Below, piece by piece: positions 12,837 to 20,719 of a stretch of DNA of 26,265 nucleotides. Every line of letters starts with the position of its first letter. The stretch's first letter is position 1. The stretch is from an uncultured Dehalococcoidaceae bacterium. Lineage in GTDB: Bacteria > Chloroflexota > Dehalococcoidia > Dehalococcoidales > RBG-16-60-22. The stretch spans positions 1-26,265 of the forward strand of contig CAYOKF010000002.1 in the NCBI GenBank assembly GCA_964404475.1. Reading direction: 5' to 3'. The notes beneath the pieces are model-generated. The model was not told where the DNA came from. It worked only from the letters and a program-made list of their open reading frames with translations, and ran no database searches. A program made the position numbers and the translations under genes.

Positions 12837-12865
12837 AGTTTACGACACGTAGATAGCAGGGTCAA
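12837..12865 (-). promoter_or_regulatory. Sigma70-type promoter for the cysteine synthase gene
   Basis: Minus strand TTGACC (12865-12860), N17, TAAACT (12842-12837). This implies a leader of about 75 nt. Confidence 0.55.
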
Positions 12866-12954
12866 GCTGGCCCATTAATATATGGTTATGGAGAAAGCGG
12901 ATAGGTGTGTTATATTGTATGTGTAGTAGCTCTGGCTACAGTATGAACTGAATC

Positions 12955-14538
12955 ATGAAAAAAATAATTTACATACTTGTTTTTACTGCTTTATTGTGCG
13001 GCCTGCCGTTAGCTCTCTGCCATTGCGGGGGAGACTCGCCGGTTATCGACGGCAATACTCTTAATCTCTATGGGATTGATCCCATAACTCTTGACCCGGC
13101 TGTTTCCGGTGAGATGACATCCCATGAGTATATCCTCCAGTTGTTCGGGGGGTTGGTTATTCTTGATACTGATCTGAGACCGGCTCCGGATATCGCTGAG
13201 AAGTGGGAGATCAGTGATGACGGCAGGTTTTATACCTTTTATCTGCGGAAGGACGCCCGGTTTCATGATGGGCGGCCGGTTAAAGCTGAAGACTTTAAAT
13301 ACTCCTGGGAACGCGCCTGTGCTCCGGCTACTGGTTCACAGACTGCGGCCACTTATTTAGGTGATATCGTTGGCGTGAGTGATGTTTTAACCGGGAACGC
13401 TGGGGAAATCAGTGGCGTCAGGGTTATTGATGATTATGTCTTGCAGGTAACCGTTGACGAGCCAAAGGTTTATTTCCTGTCCAAGTTGACCTATCCCACT
13501 GCTTTTGTTATTGACAGAAACAGTGTGGCTTCCGGCAGGGAATGGTGGCATCAGCCTAACGGCACCGGCCCTTTCCGGCTACAGATGTGGGACGAAGGTA
13601 ATTTGCTGGTTCTGGAGAAGAATGAGCTCTATCACGGGGAGCAAGCCGGGGTTGACCGGATTAATTTCAAGCTGTGGGGCGGCATACCTATGAATATGTA
13701 TGAACTGGATGAGGTATATGTCACCGGTGTTTCGATTAATTATATTGATAAGGTCAGTGATGAAACCGGCGGTTTTTATCAGGAGTTGCAGGTGATGCCT
13801 GAGTTGAGTTTCCAGTATGTCGGCTTCGATGTTACCCAGCCGCCGTTTGATGATGTTAATATCCGCCGTGCTTTCACTCAGGCGATTGATAAGGAAAAGA
13901 TAGCTACCGTGCTGTTTCGCGGTATGGTGGAGACGGCGAATGGTATCCTGCCACCCGGTATACCCGGTTATAATGAGGGCTTATCCGGTTTTGACTATGA
14001 TGTTAACCAAGCTCGGGAGTTTATCAGTGCTTCTCGTTACGGCGACGTAGCCCGGCTGCCTCCGCTTACAATCACGACGGCGGGGATGGGAGGTCTGGTA
14101 TCAAAGGACCTGGAAGCTATCATTGAAGAATGGCGCAAGAACCTGGGTGTGGAAGTAACGGTAAGGCAGTTAGAAATGGAGCGTTTTCTTTACCATCTCA
14201 AAGAGGAAAAGGATAACATGTTTTATATGGGCTGGGTGGCTGACTATCCTCACCCGCAGGACTTTCTGGAGATACTGTTTCATACCGGTAGCGAGAGTAA
14301 TTACGGTGAATACAGTAATCCTGAAGTGGATGAGCTGCTGGACAGAGCGGCGGTGGAGATTGATAGTGAGCTTAGTTTACAGTTGTACCAGCAGGCGGAG
14401 CAGAAGCTGGTCAGTGACGTTGCCTGCCTGCCGCTATGGTTCGGGCAGAATTACATTCTGGTAAAACCTTATGTTAAGGGCTATAACCTGAACCCGATGG
14501 GTTATGCCATGCTGAACGAAGTCTCAATAGCGCCCTGA
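12955..14538 (+). CDS. ABC transporter substrate-binding protein, family 5 (OppA/DppA-like), with no permease or ATPase neighbours
   Basis: N-terminal signal/lipoprotein-like segment, TLDPA, PDIAEKWEISDDGRFYTFYLRKDARFHDG, GTGPF and RRAFTQAIDK. Confidence 0.92.
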   Translation: MKKIIYILVFTALLCGLPLALCHCGGDSPVIDGNTLNLYGIDPITLDPAVSGEMTSHEYILQLFGGLVILDTDLRPAPDIAEKWEISDDGRFYTFYLRKDARFHDGRPVKAEDFKYSWERACAPATGSQTAATYLGDIVGVSDVLTGNAGEISGVRVIDDYVLQVTVDEPKVYFLSKLTYPTAFVIDRNSVASGREWWHQPNGTGPFRLQMWDEGNLLVLEKNELYHGEQAGVDRINFKLWGGIPMNMYELDEVYVTGVSINYIDKVSDETGGFYQELQVMPELSFQYVGFDVTQPPFDDVNIRRAFTQAIDKEKIATVLFRGMVETANGILPPGIPGYNEGLSGFDYDVNQAREFISASRYGDVARLPPLTITTAGMGGLVSKDLEAIIEEWRKNLGVEVTVRQLEMERFLYHLKEEKDNMFYMGWVADYPHPQDFLEILFHTGSESNYGEYSNPEVDELLDRAAVEIDSELSLQLYQQAEQKLVSDVACLPLWFGQNYILVKPYVKGYNLNPMGYAMLNEVSIAP

Positions 14539-14709
14539 TTTCAGGAAGCAGCAGCAAAGATGTTTGATTGTATTGTTCTATTAAAAGCAACCAAGTTAGA
14601 AATAGAGCTAAAAGAAATCATTAATTAAAATATGGCGAGTATCCCCTTACGTCACGTATACAAAGGTGGTATAGTGTATAAAACTATATGCCACAAAGGG
14701 GAGTTAACC

Positions 14710-15198
14710 ATGCCTTCATATGGTGTGCTTTATATTGATGGTAGGGGTTTAGAAATAAAACTGAAGCCAAGAGGATTTTTTAGGAATGTATTTAAAAAGT
14801 GGGAACCTTACTTAACTGGAGACGTGCTAGATGTAAAATTAGTAGTTAAATCATCGAGCAATACAGCAATGAACTATAGCTATTCTTGGCAATTACAAGA
14901 TTTACTACCAGAAAAAAATTTCAGAGTAGTAACGCAAGGTTGTGGTTCATTTATGACCACGCCCAAAGGAACAACAGAAGTTAAATTAAGAACACATTTG
15001 ATACAATATGAAGCTGAATACCATTTGATAGCAACAGTGAAATCAGATGGGAACGAAGAAGGGATGAAAACACTTCTCAATTTTTACGCTATGGCTAGAG
15101 ACGTTTATCATACTAAGTGGCTTACGGGTTTAATGTCAGGTTTTGTTGGTGCAATCATAGGGCTTGCAGTCGGATTATTGATAAATTGGGTAAATTGA
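14710..15198 (+). CDS. Hypothetical protein with a C-terminal TM anchor and a beta-rich N-terminal part
   Basis: The SD AAAGGGGAG precedes ATG 14710 (MPSYGVLYIDGRG...), so I prefer this start to the track's 14632. It ends in a hydrophobic helix (GLMSGFVGAIIGLAVGLLINWVN). Confidence 0.7.
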   Translation: MPSYGVLYIDGRGLEIKLKPRGFFRNVFKKWEPYLTGDVLDVKLVVKSSSNTAMNYSYSWQLQDLLPEKNFRVVTQGCGSFMTTPKGTTEVKLRTHLIQYEAEYHLIATVKSDGNEEGMKTLLNFYAMARDVYHTKWLTGLMSGFVGAIIGLAVGLLINWVN

Positions 15199-15208
15199 TG
15201 GGGGACAT

Positions 15209-15355
15209 ATGGACAAACGACCATTAACTAAAAGGCGGTTTGAGAGCCTTCTTAAGAAGACTGCTCAACCATTGGAATCTGATTTAAAAGGGACTCAAAC
15301 AAAGAGGTCTCATCATTCCGGTGGTTGTAGCGGAAAACGTATAGTCAACTTCTAG
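15209..15355 (+). CDS. Putative 48-aa small basic protein (below the track cut-off)
   Basis: Sequence MDKRPLTKRRFESLLKKTAQPLESDLKGTQTKRSHHSGGCSGKRIVNF*. A purine-rich GGGGAC lies upstream, and the ORF starts 10 nt after the previous stop. Confidence 0.45.
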   Translation: MDKRPLTKRRFESLLKKTAQPLESDLKGTQTKRSHHSGGCSGKRIVNF

Positions 15356-15400
15356 CAAAAAGAAAACATGCGTTAGCAATTTGTTAGCAAAAACAGAAAT

Positions 15401-15440
15401 GCCCCCGAATTTGGAACAACCGTTCGGGGGCTTTTTCTTT
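15401..15440. terminator. Bidirectional intrinsic terminator
   Basis: Perfect 9-bp stem GCCCCCGAA (15401-15409) / TTCGGGGGC (15423-15431). A T-tract follows on + (TTTTTCTTT) and an A-rich tract precedes it, so it can also terminate the minus-strand serS-tRNA transcript. Confidence 0.8.
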
Positions 15441-15457
15441 GATTTTAGCTATAAAAA

Positions 15458-15547
15458 TGGCGGAGGGGGTGGGATTCGAACCCACGGTCAGCTTGCGCCG
15501 ACAGCGGTTTTCAAGACCGCCTCCTTAGACCACTCGGACACCCCTCC
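15458..15547 (-). tRNA. tRNA-Ser (anticodon UGA), class II with long variable arm, CCA encoded
   Basis: Minus strand GGAGGGGTGTCCGAGTGGTCTAAGGAGGCGGTCT-TGA-AAACCGCTGTCGGCGCAAGCTGACCGTGGGTTCGAATCCCACCCCCTCCGCCA, 90 nt. Confidence 0.97.
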
Positions 15548-15551
15548 TGGC

Positions 15552-16799
15552 TTATTTTATCACCTTTTCGCCCACCATCCCCTGTAACACCTCGGGAACT
15601 ACTATGCTGCCGTCAGCCTGCTGGTAGTTCTCCATGACAGCGATGAGCACACGGGGCAGAGCCAGCCCGGAACCATTGAGGGTGTGGACAAACCGGGGCC
15701 TGGCGTCAGGGGCGGGGCGGTAGCGGATATTGGCGCGCCGCGCCTGAAAATCACCGCAGTTGGAGCAGGAGCTTACCTCCAGCCACTCCTCGCAACCGGG
15801 AGCCCAGACCTCAATGTCATACGACTTGGTGGAGGCGAAGCCGAGGTCTCCAGTGCAGAGCTGGATAATCCTGTAGGGCAGTTCCAGCCTGCGGCAGACC
15901 TCTTCGGCGGCACTGACCATTTTCTCCAGCTCATCATTGGAGTTTTCCGGCTCGGTGAATTTATAGAGCTCAACCTTGTCAAACTGGTGACCCCGCTTGA
16001 TACCGCGGGTATCCTTCCCCGCTGACATCTTCTCACGTCGGAAGCAGGCGGTATAGGCGGCGTAATACAGGGGCAGTGTTCCCGGGGGAAGTAATTCATC
16101 ACGGTGGAGGTTGGTCACCGGCACCTCGGCTGTGGGCACGAACCAGAGGTCATCTTCTTCGTCATGGTAAAGATTATCGACGAACTTGGGCAGATTGCTG
16201 GAACCCACCATGCACTCCCGTTTTACCATGAATGGCGGATATATTTCTTGATAGCCGTGCTCTCTGGTGTGGAGGTCAAGCATAAACCAGATGAGGGCTC
16301 GCTGCAAACGAGCGCCGTTACTTTTGAGTACGTAAAACCGGCTGCCCGACAGCTTGACACCCCTGTCAAAATCAATAATGCCCAGCGACTCACCCAGTTG
16401 CCAGTGCGGGGCCGGTGCAAAGGCGAATTCTTTCGGCTCTCCCCAGTGGCGGATTACCACGTTGTCGCTTTCGTCTTTACCTACCGGTACGGAGGGTTGG
16501 GGTAGATTGGGCACCTGAAGGAGTAACTCTTCAAGCTTTTCATCCAGTTCTCTGACCTCCTCTTCCATCTCCCTTATGCTGTCACGCAGTTTGCGCCCCT
16601 CACTGGCGGCTGACTCGCCGGTTTGCCTGTCCCGCGAAGCCTCTTTGCGCGCATGCCTGAGTTCTTCCAGTTCCTGTATCTTCTGGCGGCGCTCAGAGTC
16701 AAGCTGTAATATCTCCTCAATCGTGGTAGTGTCCTGGCGCTTTTGCAGCGCCTCACGTACTGCTTCCGGGTTCTCGCGTATAAATTTAAGGTCAAGCAT
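15552..16799 (-). CDS. serS: Seryl-tRNA synthetase
   Basis: Motifs MLDLKFIREN, a coiled-coil arm, PTAEVP, FRREKMSAG...RGHQFDKVE, EVSSCSNCGDFQARR and TLNGSGLA. Confidence 0.98.
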   Translation of the reverse strand: MLDLKFIRENPEAVREALQKRQDTTTIEEILQLDSERRQKIQELEELRHARKEASRDRQTGESAASEGRKLRDSIREMEEEVRELDEKLEELLLQVPNLPQPSVPVGKDESDNVVIRHWGEPKEFAFAPAPHWQLGESLGIIDFDRGVKLSGSRFYVLKSNGARLQRALIWFMLDLHTREHGYQEIYPPFMVKRECMVGSSNLPKFVDNLYHDEEDDLWFVPTAEVPVTNLHRDELLPPGTLPLYYAAYTACFRREKMSAGKDTRGIKRGHQFDKVELYKFTEPENSNDELEKMVSAAEEVCRRLELPYRIIQLCTGDLGFASTKSYDIEVWAPGCEEWLEVSSCSNCGDFQARRANIRYRPAPDARPRFVHTLNGSGLALPRVLIAVMENYQQADGSIVVPEVLQGMVGEKVIK

Positions 16800-16816
16800 G
16801 AGTTACCTCATAAATG

Positions 16817-17260
16817 TTACCAGTATCTTTTCCCTTCGAGAAAGTTACCGGCCCCAGTTTTCTTGAGATTTCTTAAATTCTTAATATGAGCGTCACCGTG
16901 AGAAGGTTTTAAAAAGTCCAGATTGACGCAGGTCTCAAATTCATCGCATTGCCAGCAGCCCTCGATACCTTTCTTCTGGCAACATTTTCTCATTTTACAG
17001 AAAGGCGGTCCACCTCCGCCCCGACAAGTCCTTTTACAGCGGAACTTTACTAGTGCTCCCAGCACTTCATAGCATTGCGGGTACTTTTTGAATACCGCAA
17101 AGAAAGGGGCTTCTGACATTAGTTCCGCCGTACGGACGAACTTTGCCTGCCTTAATTCTTTACGAAGGTCTCTGGCTAAATCAGCAATCTTGCCCTTGTA
17201 GCCGAAACAGTCTCCACAGTAAAGACCGCAGTAGGCGATTAATTCTTTTTCTTCAGTCAT
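16817..17260 (-). CDS. DUF3795-like cysteine-rich protein
   Basis: Pattern AYCGLYCGDC...CKRTCRGGGG...CKMRKCC...CWQCDEFETC matches my recollection of the DUF3795 Cys pattern. It abuts the lysS stop (TAAATG). Confidence 0.75.
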   Translation of the reverse strand: MTEEKELIAYCGLYCGDCFGYKGKIADLARDLRKELRQAKFVRTAELMSEAPFFAVFKKYPQCYEVLGALVKFRCKRTCRGGGGPPFCKMRKCCQKKGIEGCWQCDEFETCVNLDFLKPSHGDAHIKNLRNLKKTGAGNFLEGKRYW

Positions 17261-18766
17261 TTACTTATCTTTTTCGGTTGATTCGCTTGTCTTTTCCCTG
17301 AGTTGGGGGAACAATACCACCTCACGGATTGATTGCTGGTTGGTCAGCAGCATTATCAGCCGGTCAACGCCTACTCCCAGCCCTCCTGTGGGGGGCATGC
17401 CGTATTCCAGCGATGTCAGGAAATCCTCGTCTATAGTCCAGACTTCCTCGTCATTATCACCACGTTCCTTGAGTTGTTCGGCAAAGCGTTCCCGCTGCTG
17501 TTTTGGGTCATTCAGCTCGGTAAAGGCATTGGCAATCTCCATGCCGCCGGCAAAAGCCTCGAAACGCTCCACGACACGTTCCTCACCAGGCTTGGTCTTG
17601 GCTAGTGGCGACATGGAAAGGGGGTAATCAAGCAGAAAAGCAGGCTGAACAAGGTTTGGTTTAACGAAGTCGTCAATGAGCTCATCGACCAGCTTTGCCC
17701 AGTTTTTGTTCGGGTCAACCTCCAGCTTCAGCCCTCGCATCTTTTCTCGCAGGCCGTCGGCGGTGGGATATTTTACGAAGTCAATACTGCTGAATTTCTG
17801 GACGGCTTCCCGCAAACTGAGGCGGGCCCAGGGTGGCTTGAGATTGATTTTGTGGTCACCATAGGTAATATCGGTTGTGCCCAGAACTTTCTGGCTGACC
17901 TCGGCGACCATCGTTTCCAGCATGGTCATCACATCATTGTAGTCGGCATAAGCTTCATAGCTTTCCAGCATGGTGAACTCGGGGTTGTGTATGGTGGAGA
18001 TTCCTTCATTACGGAAGGTACGCCCCAGCTCGTAGACCTTGTCCAGACCACCCACAATCAGGCGCTTTAAATGGAGCTCAAGGGCGATACGCAGGTAGAA
18101 ATCCTGGTCAAGGGTATGGTGGTGGGTGATAAAGGGTCGGGCTAAGGCGCCTCCGGCTGACGGTTGCAGTACCGGTGTTTCCACCTCAACAAAGTCACGC
18201 CGGTCAAGGAACTCCCTGATGGCGGTGATAACCCGACTGCGCACCTTGAAGATTTCTTTAACCTCGGCATTAGCGATGAGGTCAAGGTAGCGCTGCCGGT
18301 AACGCTTGTCCACATCGCTGAGTCCGTGCCACTTCTCCGGCAGGGGCCGAAGTGACTTGGTCAATATGGTAAAATCGGTGACCAGAACCGTTGGTTCACC
18401 ACTTTTGGTACGCAGTAAATTACCCCCGGCGCCGATAATATCACCGATATCCAGGTTCTGGAAGAGTTCCTGTTTCTTCTCGTGATACTGGTGAGTGTTC
18501 TGGAATAAAAGCTGTATCTTACCGCTGCCATCACGAAGGTCAGCAAAAGAGCTTTTGCCCATTCGCCTTATGGCCATAACCCGTCCGGCGACACTAACCT
18601 CATTTGCCTTGGTCAGTCCATCCTCCTCCTGCTTGAGCAGGTCAATCGCCTGTTCAGTGGTGTGGCTGCGGTGGTATCGGTGCGGGTAAGGCTCAATGCC
18701 CCGGTCACGAAGTCTCTCCAGCTTCTGCTGGCGCTGCTGTTCGATTTGGTTTAATCTGGATGTCAT
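17261..18766 (-). CDS. lysS: Lysyl-tRNA synthetase, class II
   Basis: Motifs VAGRVMAIRRMGK, EKWHGLSDVDKRYRQRYLDL, LRIALELHLKRL, FRNEGI and GMPPTGGLGVGVDRL. Confidence 0.98.
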   Translation of the reverse strand: MTSRLNQIEQQRQQKLERLRDRGIEPYPHRYHRSHTTEQAIDLLKQEEDGLTKANEVSVAGRVMAIRRMGKSSFADLRDGSGKIQLLFQNTHQYHEKKQELFQNLDIGDIIGAGGNLLRTKSGEPTVLVTDFTILTKSLRPLPEKWHGLSDVDKRYRQRYLDLIANAEVKEIFKVRSRVITAIREFLDRRDFVEVETPVLQPSAGGALARPFITHHHTLDQDFYLRIALELHLKRLIVGGLDKVYELGRTFRNEGISTIHNPEFTMLESYEAYADYNDVMTMLETMVAEVSQKVLGTTDITYGDHKINLKPPWARLSLREAVQKFSSIDFVKYPTADGLREKMRGLKLEVDPNKNWAKLVDELIDDFVKPNLVQPAFLLDYPLSMSPLAKTKPGEERVVERFEAFAGGMEIANAFTELNDPKQQRERFAEQLKERGDNDEEVWTIDEDFLTSLEYGMPPTGGLGVGVDRLIMLLTNQQSIREVVLFPQLREKTSESTEKDK

Positions 18767-18792
18767 TTCTGTCCTATAATATATTAAAATGA

Positions 18793-18813
18793 CTGAGAGT
18801 TCCAGACTCTCAG
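18793..18813 (-). terminator. Possible terminator after recO
   Basis: Perfect 8-bp stem CTGAGAGT/ACTCTCAG with a 5-nt loop, followed on the minus strand by TCATTTTAAT. Confidence 0.45.
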
Positions 18814-18848
18814 CCTCATCTGTATTACCATTATAGTTTATTCGGGAT

Positions 18849-19637
18849 TCATGGTAAAGGGTTGGGGGTTAGTTTGAGCCTTTGTTCTCGCAGGTTAGCC
18901 AGCCAGGTGACTGACTTAACATCCCGTTCCAGGAGGTATTTCAGGTACTCGCTCAAGACCTCCTCCAGCTGTCGGGACAATTCCGCATCTATCCTGAGCC
19001 GGCTTGCTGCCTGATAACCGCTGGTCTGAAAAAAACGCAGCACCTTCTGGGCATTAACGGAGAGGGGATAAGCAAGGGGCTGGCTCTGGCTGCAGTTCGG
19101 GCAGAGAGTGCCGCCGTTATGTGGGCTGAATGAATTGGTGATTGGTTCCAGAGGCTGGTGGCAGGATACGCATTCTCTAAGCTGTGGCCGGTAGCCGACC
19201 TTGTCCAGAAGGTGCAGCTCAAAGTAGCGCAGCGTCAGTTCCAGGTCACTGGTCTGGCATAGCTGTTCCATTGTCTCCAGTAGTAACTGGAAAAGGGGGT
19301 AGTTCTCAACCTGGTCAGCGGTAAACTGGTTGGTCAGCTCGGTGACGTAGAGGGCGCCAGCAGTTAACCACAGGTCGCTTTTCAGGGTGAGGAAGCTGTT
19401 TATGGTCTGGCTGCCGGTGATGGTATCCAGGTTTCTGCCCCGTGCCAGTGATACCAGACTGTAGGTGAGCAGCTCCAGGTGCCCCGCCATCTTGCTTCTG
19501 GGACGGCGCAGGCTCTTGGCAAAGCCCTGGATTTTACCCAGATGAGGGGTATAGAAGGTGAGGATACTATCCGCTTCGCCCAGTTTGGTCTTTTTAATGA
19601 TTATAGCTTCTGTCTGGTAATTTCTTTCCCTGGACAT
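18849..19637 (-). CDS. recO: DNA repair protein RecO
   Basis: Motifs YQTEAIIIKKTKLGEADSILTFYT...GKIQGFAKS and GYRPQLRECVSC...CPNC Zn finger. Confidence 0.95.
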   Translation of the reverse strand: MSRERNYQTEAIIIKKTKLGEADSILTFYTPHLGKIQGFAKSLRRPRSKMAGHLELLTYSLVSLARGRNLDTITGSQTINSFLTLKSDLWLTAGALYVTELTNQFTADQVENYPLFQLLLETMEQLCQTSDLELTLRYFELHLLDKVGYRPQLRECVSCHQPLEPITNSFSPHNGGTLCPNCSQSQPLAYPLSVNAQKVLRFFQTSGYQAASRLRIDAELSRQLEEVLSEYLKYLLERDVKSVTWLANLREQRLKLTPNPLP

Positions 19638-19776
19638 AATTGCTAAGAACCACCGTTTTTAACTCTTGCTGGGAAAAGGTTAGTGTGAATCAATTGTTAA
19701 ATCTGCCATCATCCTTGCTAGCTGGCGGCCGCCGTATTTTATGTGCCCGGATAGTCTTTTTATAGCAGGCGTATGT

Positions 19777-20388
19777 TTAGAATTCCTGCCTGCCCTGGAG
19801 GGCCCGGGTGAGGGTAACGTCGTCAGCGTATTCCAGTTCGGTGCCGAAGGGCAGTCCCCGCGCGAGACGGGTAACCCTGATACCCAGCGGCGCAATGAGC
19901 TGGTTTAAATACATGGCAGTCTGCTCCCCCTCAAGATTAGTGTTGGTGGCCAGGATAACCTCATCAACTACGTTATTCTGCAAGCGGCTTAGCAGTTCCT
20001 TGATTCTGATGTCCTCGGAGCCTACTCCTTCGGTTGGGGAGATGGCACCATGGAGCACGTGGTAGAGCCCTTTATAGATACCGGTATGCTCCAGGGCCAG
20101 AATGTCCTGTGGTTGTTCCACAATGCAGATAGTATTCTGTTCACGCCCGCTGTTGCGGCAGATAGGGCAGGGGTCAGATTCGGTAACGTTACAGCATACT
20201 GAGCAAAGGGTTATTCTCTCTTTCAGGGAGAGAATGGCGTCAGCCAGAAGTTTTTGCTGGTCTTCCGGAGCGCGCAACAGGTAGAAAGCGATTCTCTGAG
20301 CGCTCTTGGGGCCAATTCCGGGTAGCCTGTTAAGCTCCTGGACAAGGGTATTAATAGCTTCAGCAGCCGGTAGGGAACTCTGGCTCAA
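19777..20388 (-). CDS. recR: Recombination mediator RecR (TTG start)
   Basis: Motifs [17 protein letters not shown]...[27 protein letters not shown] and [18 protein letters not shown]. Confidence 0.97.
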   Translation of the reverse strand: MSQSSLPAAEAINTLVQELNRLPGIGPKSAQRIAFYLLRAPEDQQKLLADAILSLKERITLCSVCCNVTESDPCPICRNSGREQNTICIVEQPQDILALEHTGIYKGLYHVLHGAISPTEGVGSEDIRIKELLSRLQNNVVDEVILATNTNLEGEQTAMYLNQLIAPLGIRVTRLARGLPFGTELEYADDVTLTRALQGRQEF

Positions 20389-20416
20389 TATTGCTTCTCC
20401 TTAACTTCGTTGGCTT

Positions 20417-20719
20417 TTATAACCCCGGGATTTTTAACCCGCCGGTCAACCCGCCAAGTTGCTCAGCGGCGGCTTCCTGGGATTTAACGGTGGCTTCGCT
20501 AACCGCAGTTAATACCAGGTCTTCAAGCATTTCCACGTCCTCAGGGTTGACTACCTCCGGCAATATCTTTATGGATTGTATTTTTTGTTGCCCGTTCATG
20601 GTTACCGTTACGGCGCCGCCACCGGAGCTGGCTTCTACGGTGAGATTCTCCAGCTCTTCCTGAGCTTTAGCCAGCTTTGCCTGGAGTTTCTGGGCTTGTT
20701 GCTGCATAAACCTGTTCAT
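20417..20719 (-). CDS. ebfC: YbaB/EbfC nucleoid-associated protein
   Basis: Motif SSGGGAVTVTMNG...DVEMLEDLVLTAV. Classic dnaX-ybaB-recR synteny. Confidence 0.93.
   Translation of the reverse strand: MNRFMQQQAQKLQAKLAKAQEELENLTVEASSGGGAVTVTMNGQQKIQSIKILPEVVNPEDVEMLEDLVLTAVSEATVKSQEAAAEQLGGLTGGLKIPGL

Larger units (their letters stand above)
14560..15400. mobile_element. AT-rich horizontally acquired islet or remnant at the tRNA-Ser 3' end
   Basis: GC counts are 21/60 at 14761-14820 and 19/60 at 14881-14940, versus 34/60 at 13921-13980. It abuts the tRNA 3' terminator. No integrase is present and the boundaries are approximate. Confidence 0.5.

Noticed and set aside
14625-14640. AAAATATGGCGAG as an att duplication of the tRNA 3' end (AAAAATGGCGGAG at 15453-15465)
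   Set aside because: The match is short, gapped and partly AT-rich, so it is not sufficient to call attL/attR.
15381-15587. 68-aa plus-strand ORF
   Set aside because: It runs antisense across the tRNA-Ser and its terminator, so it is spurious.
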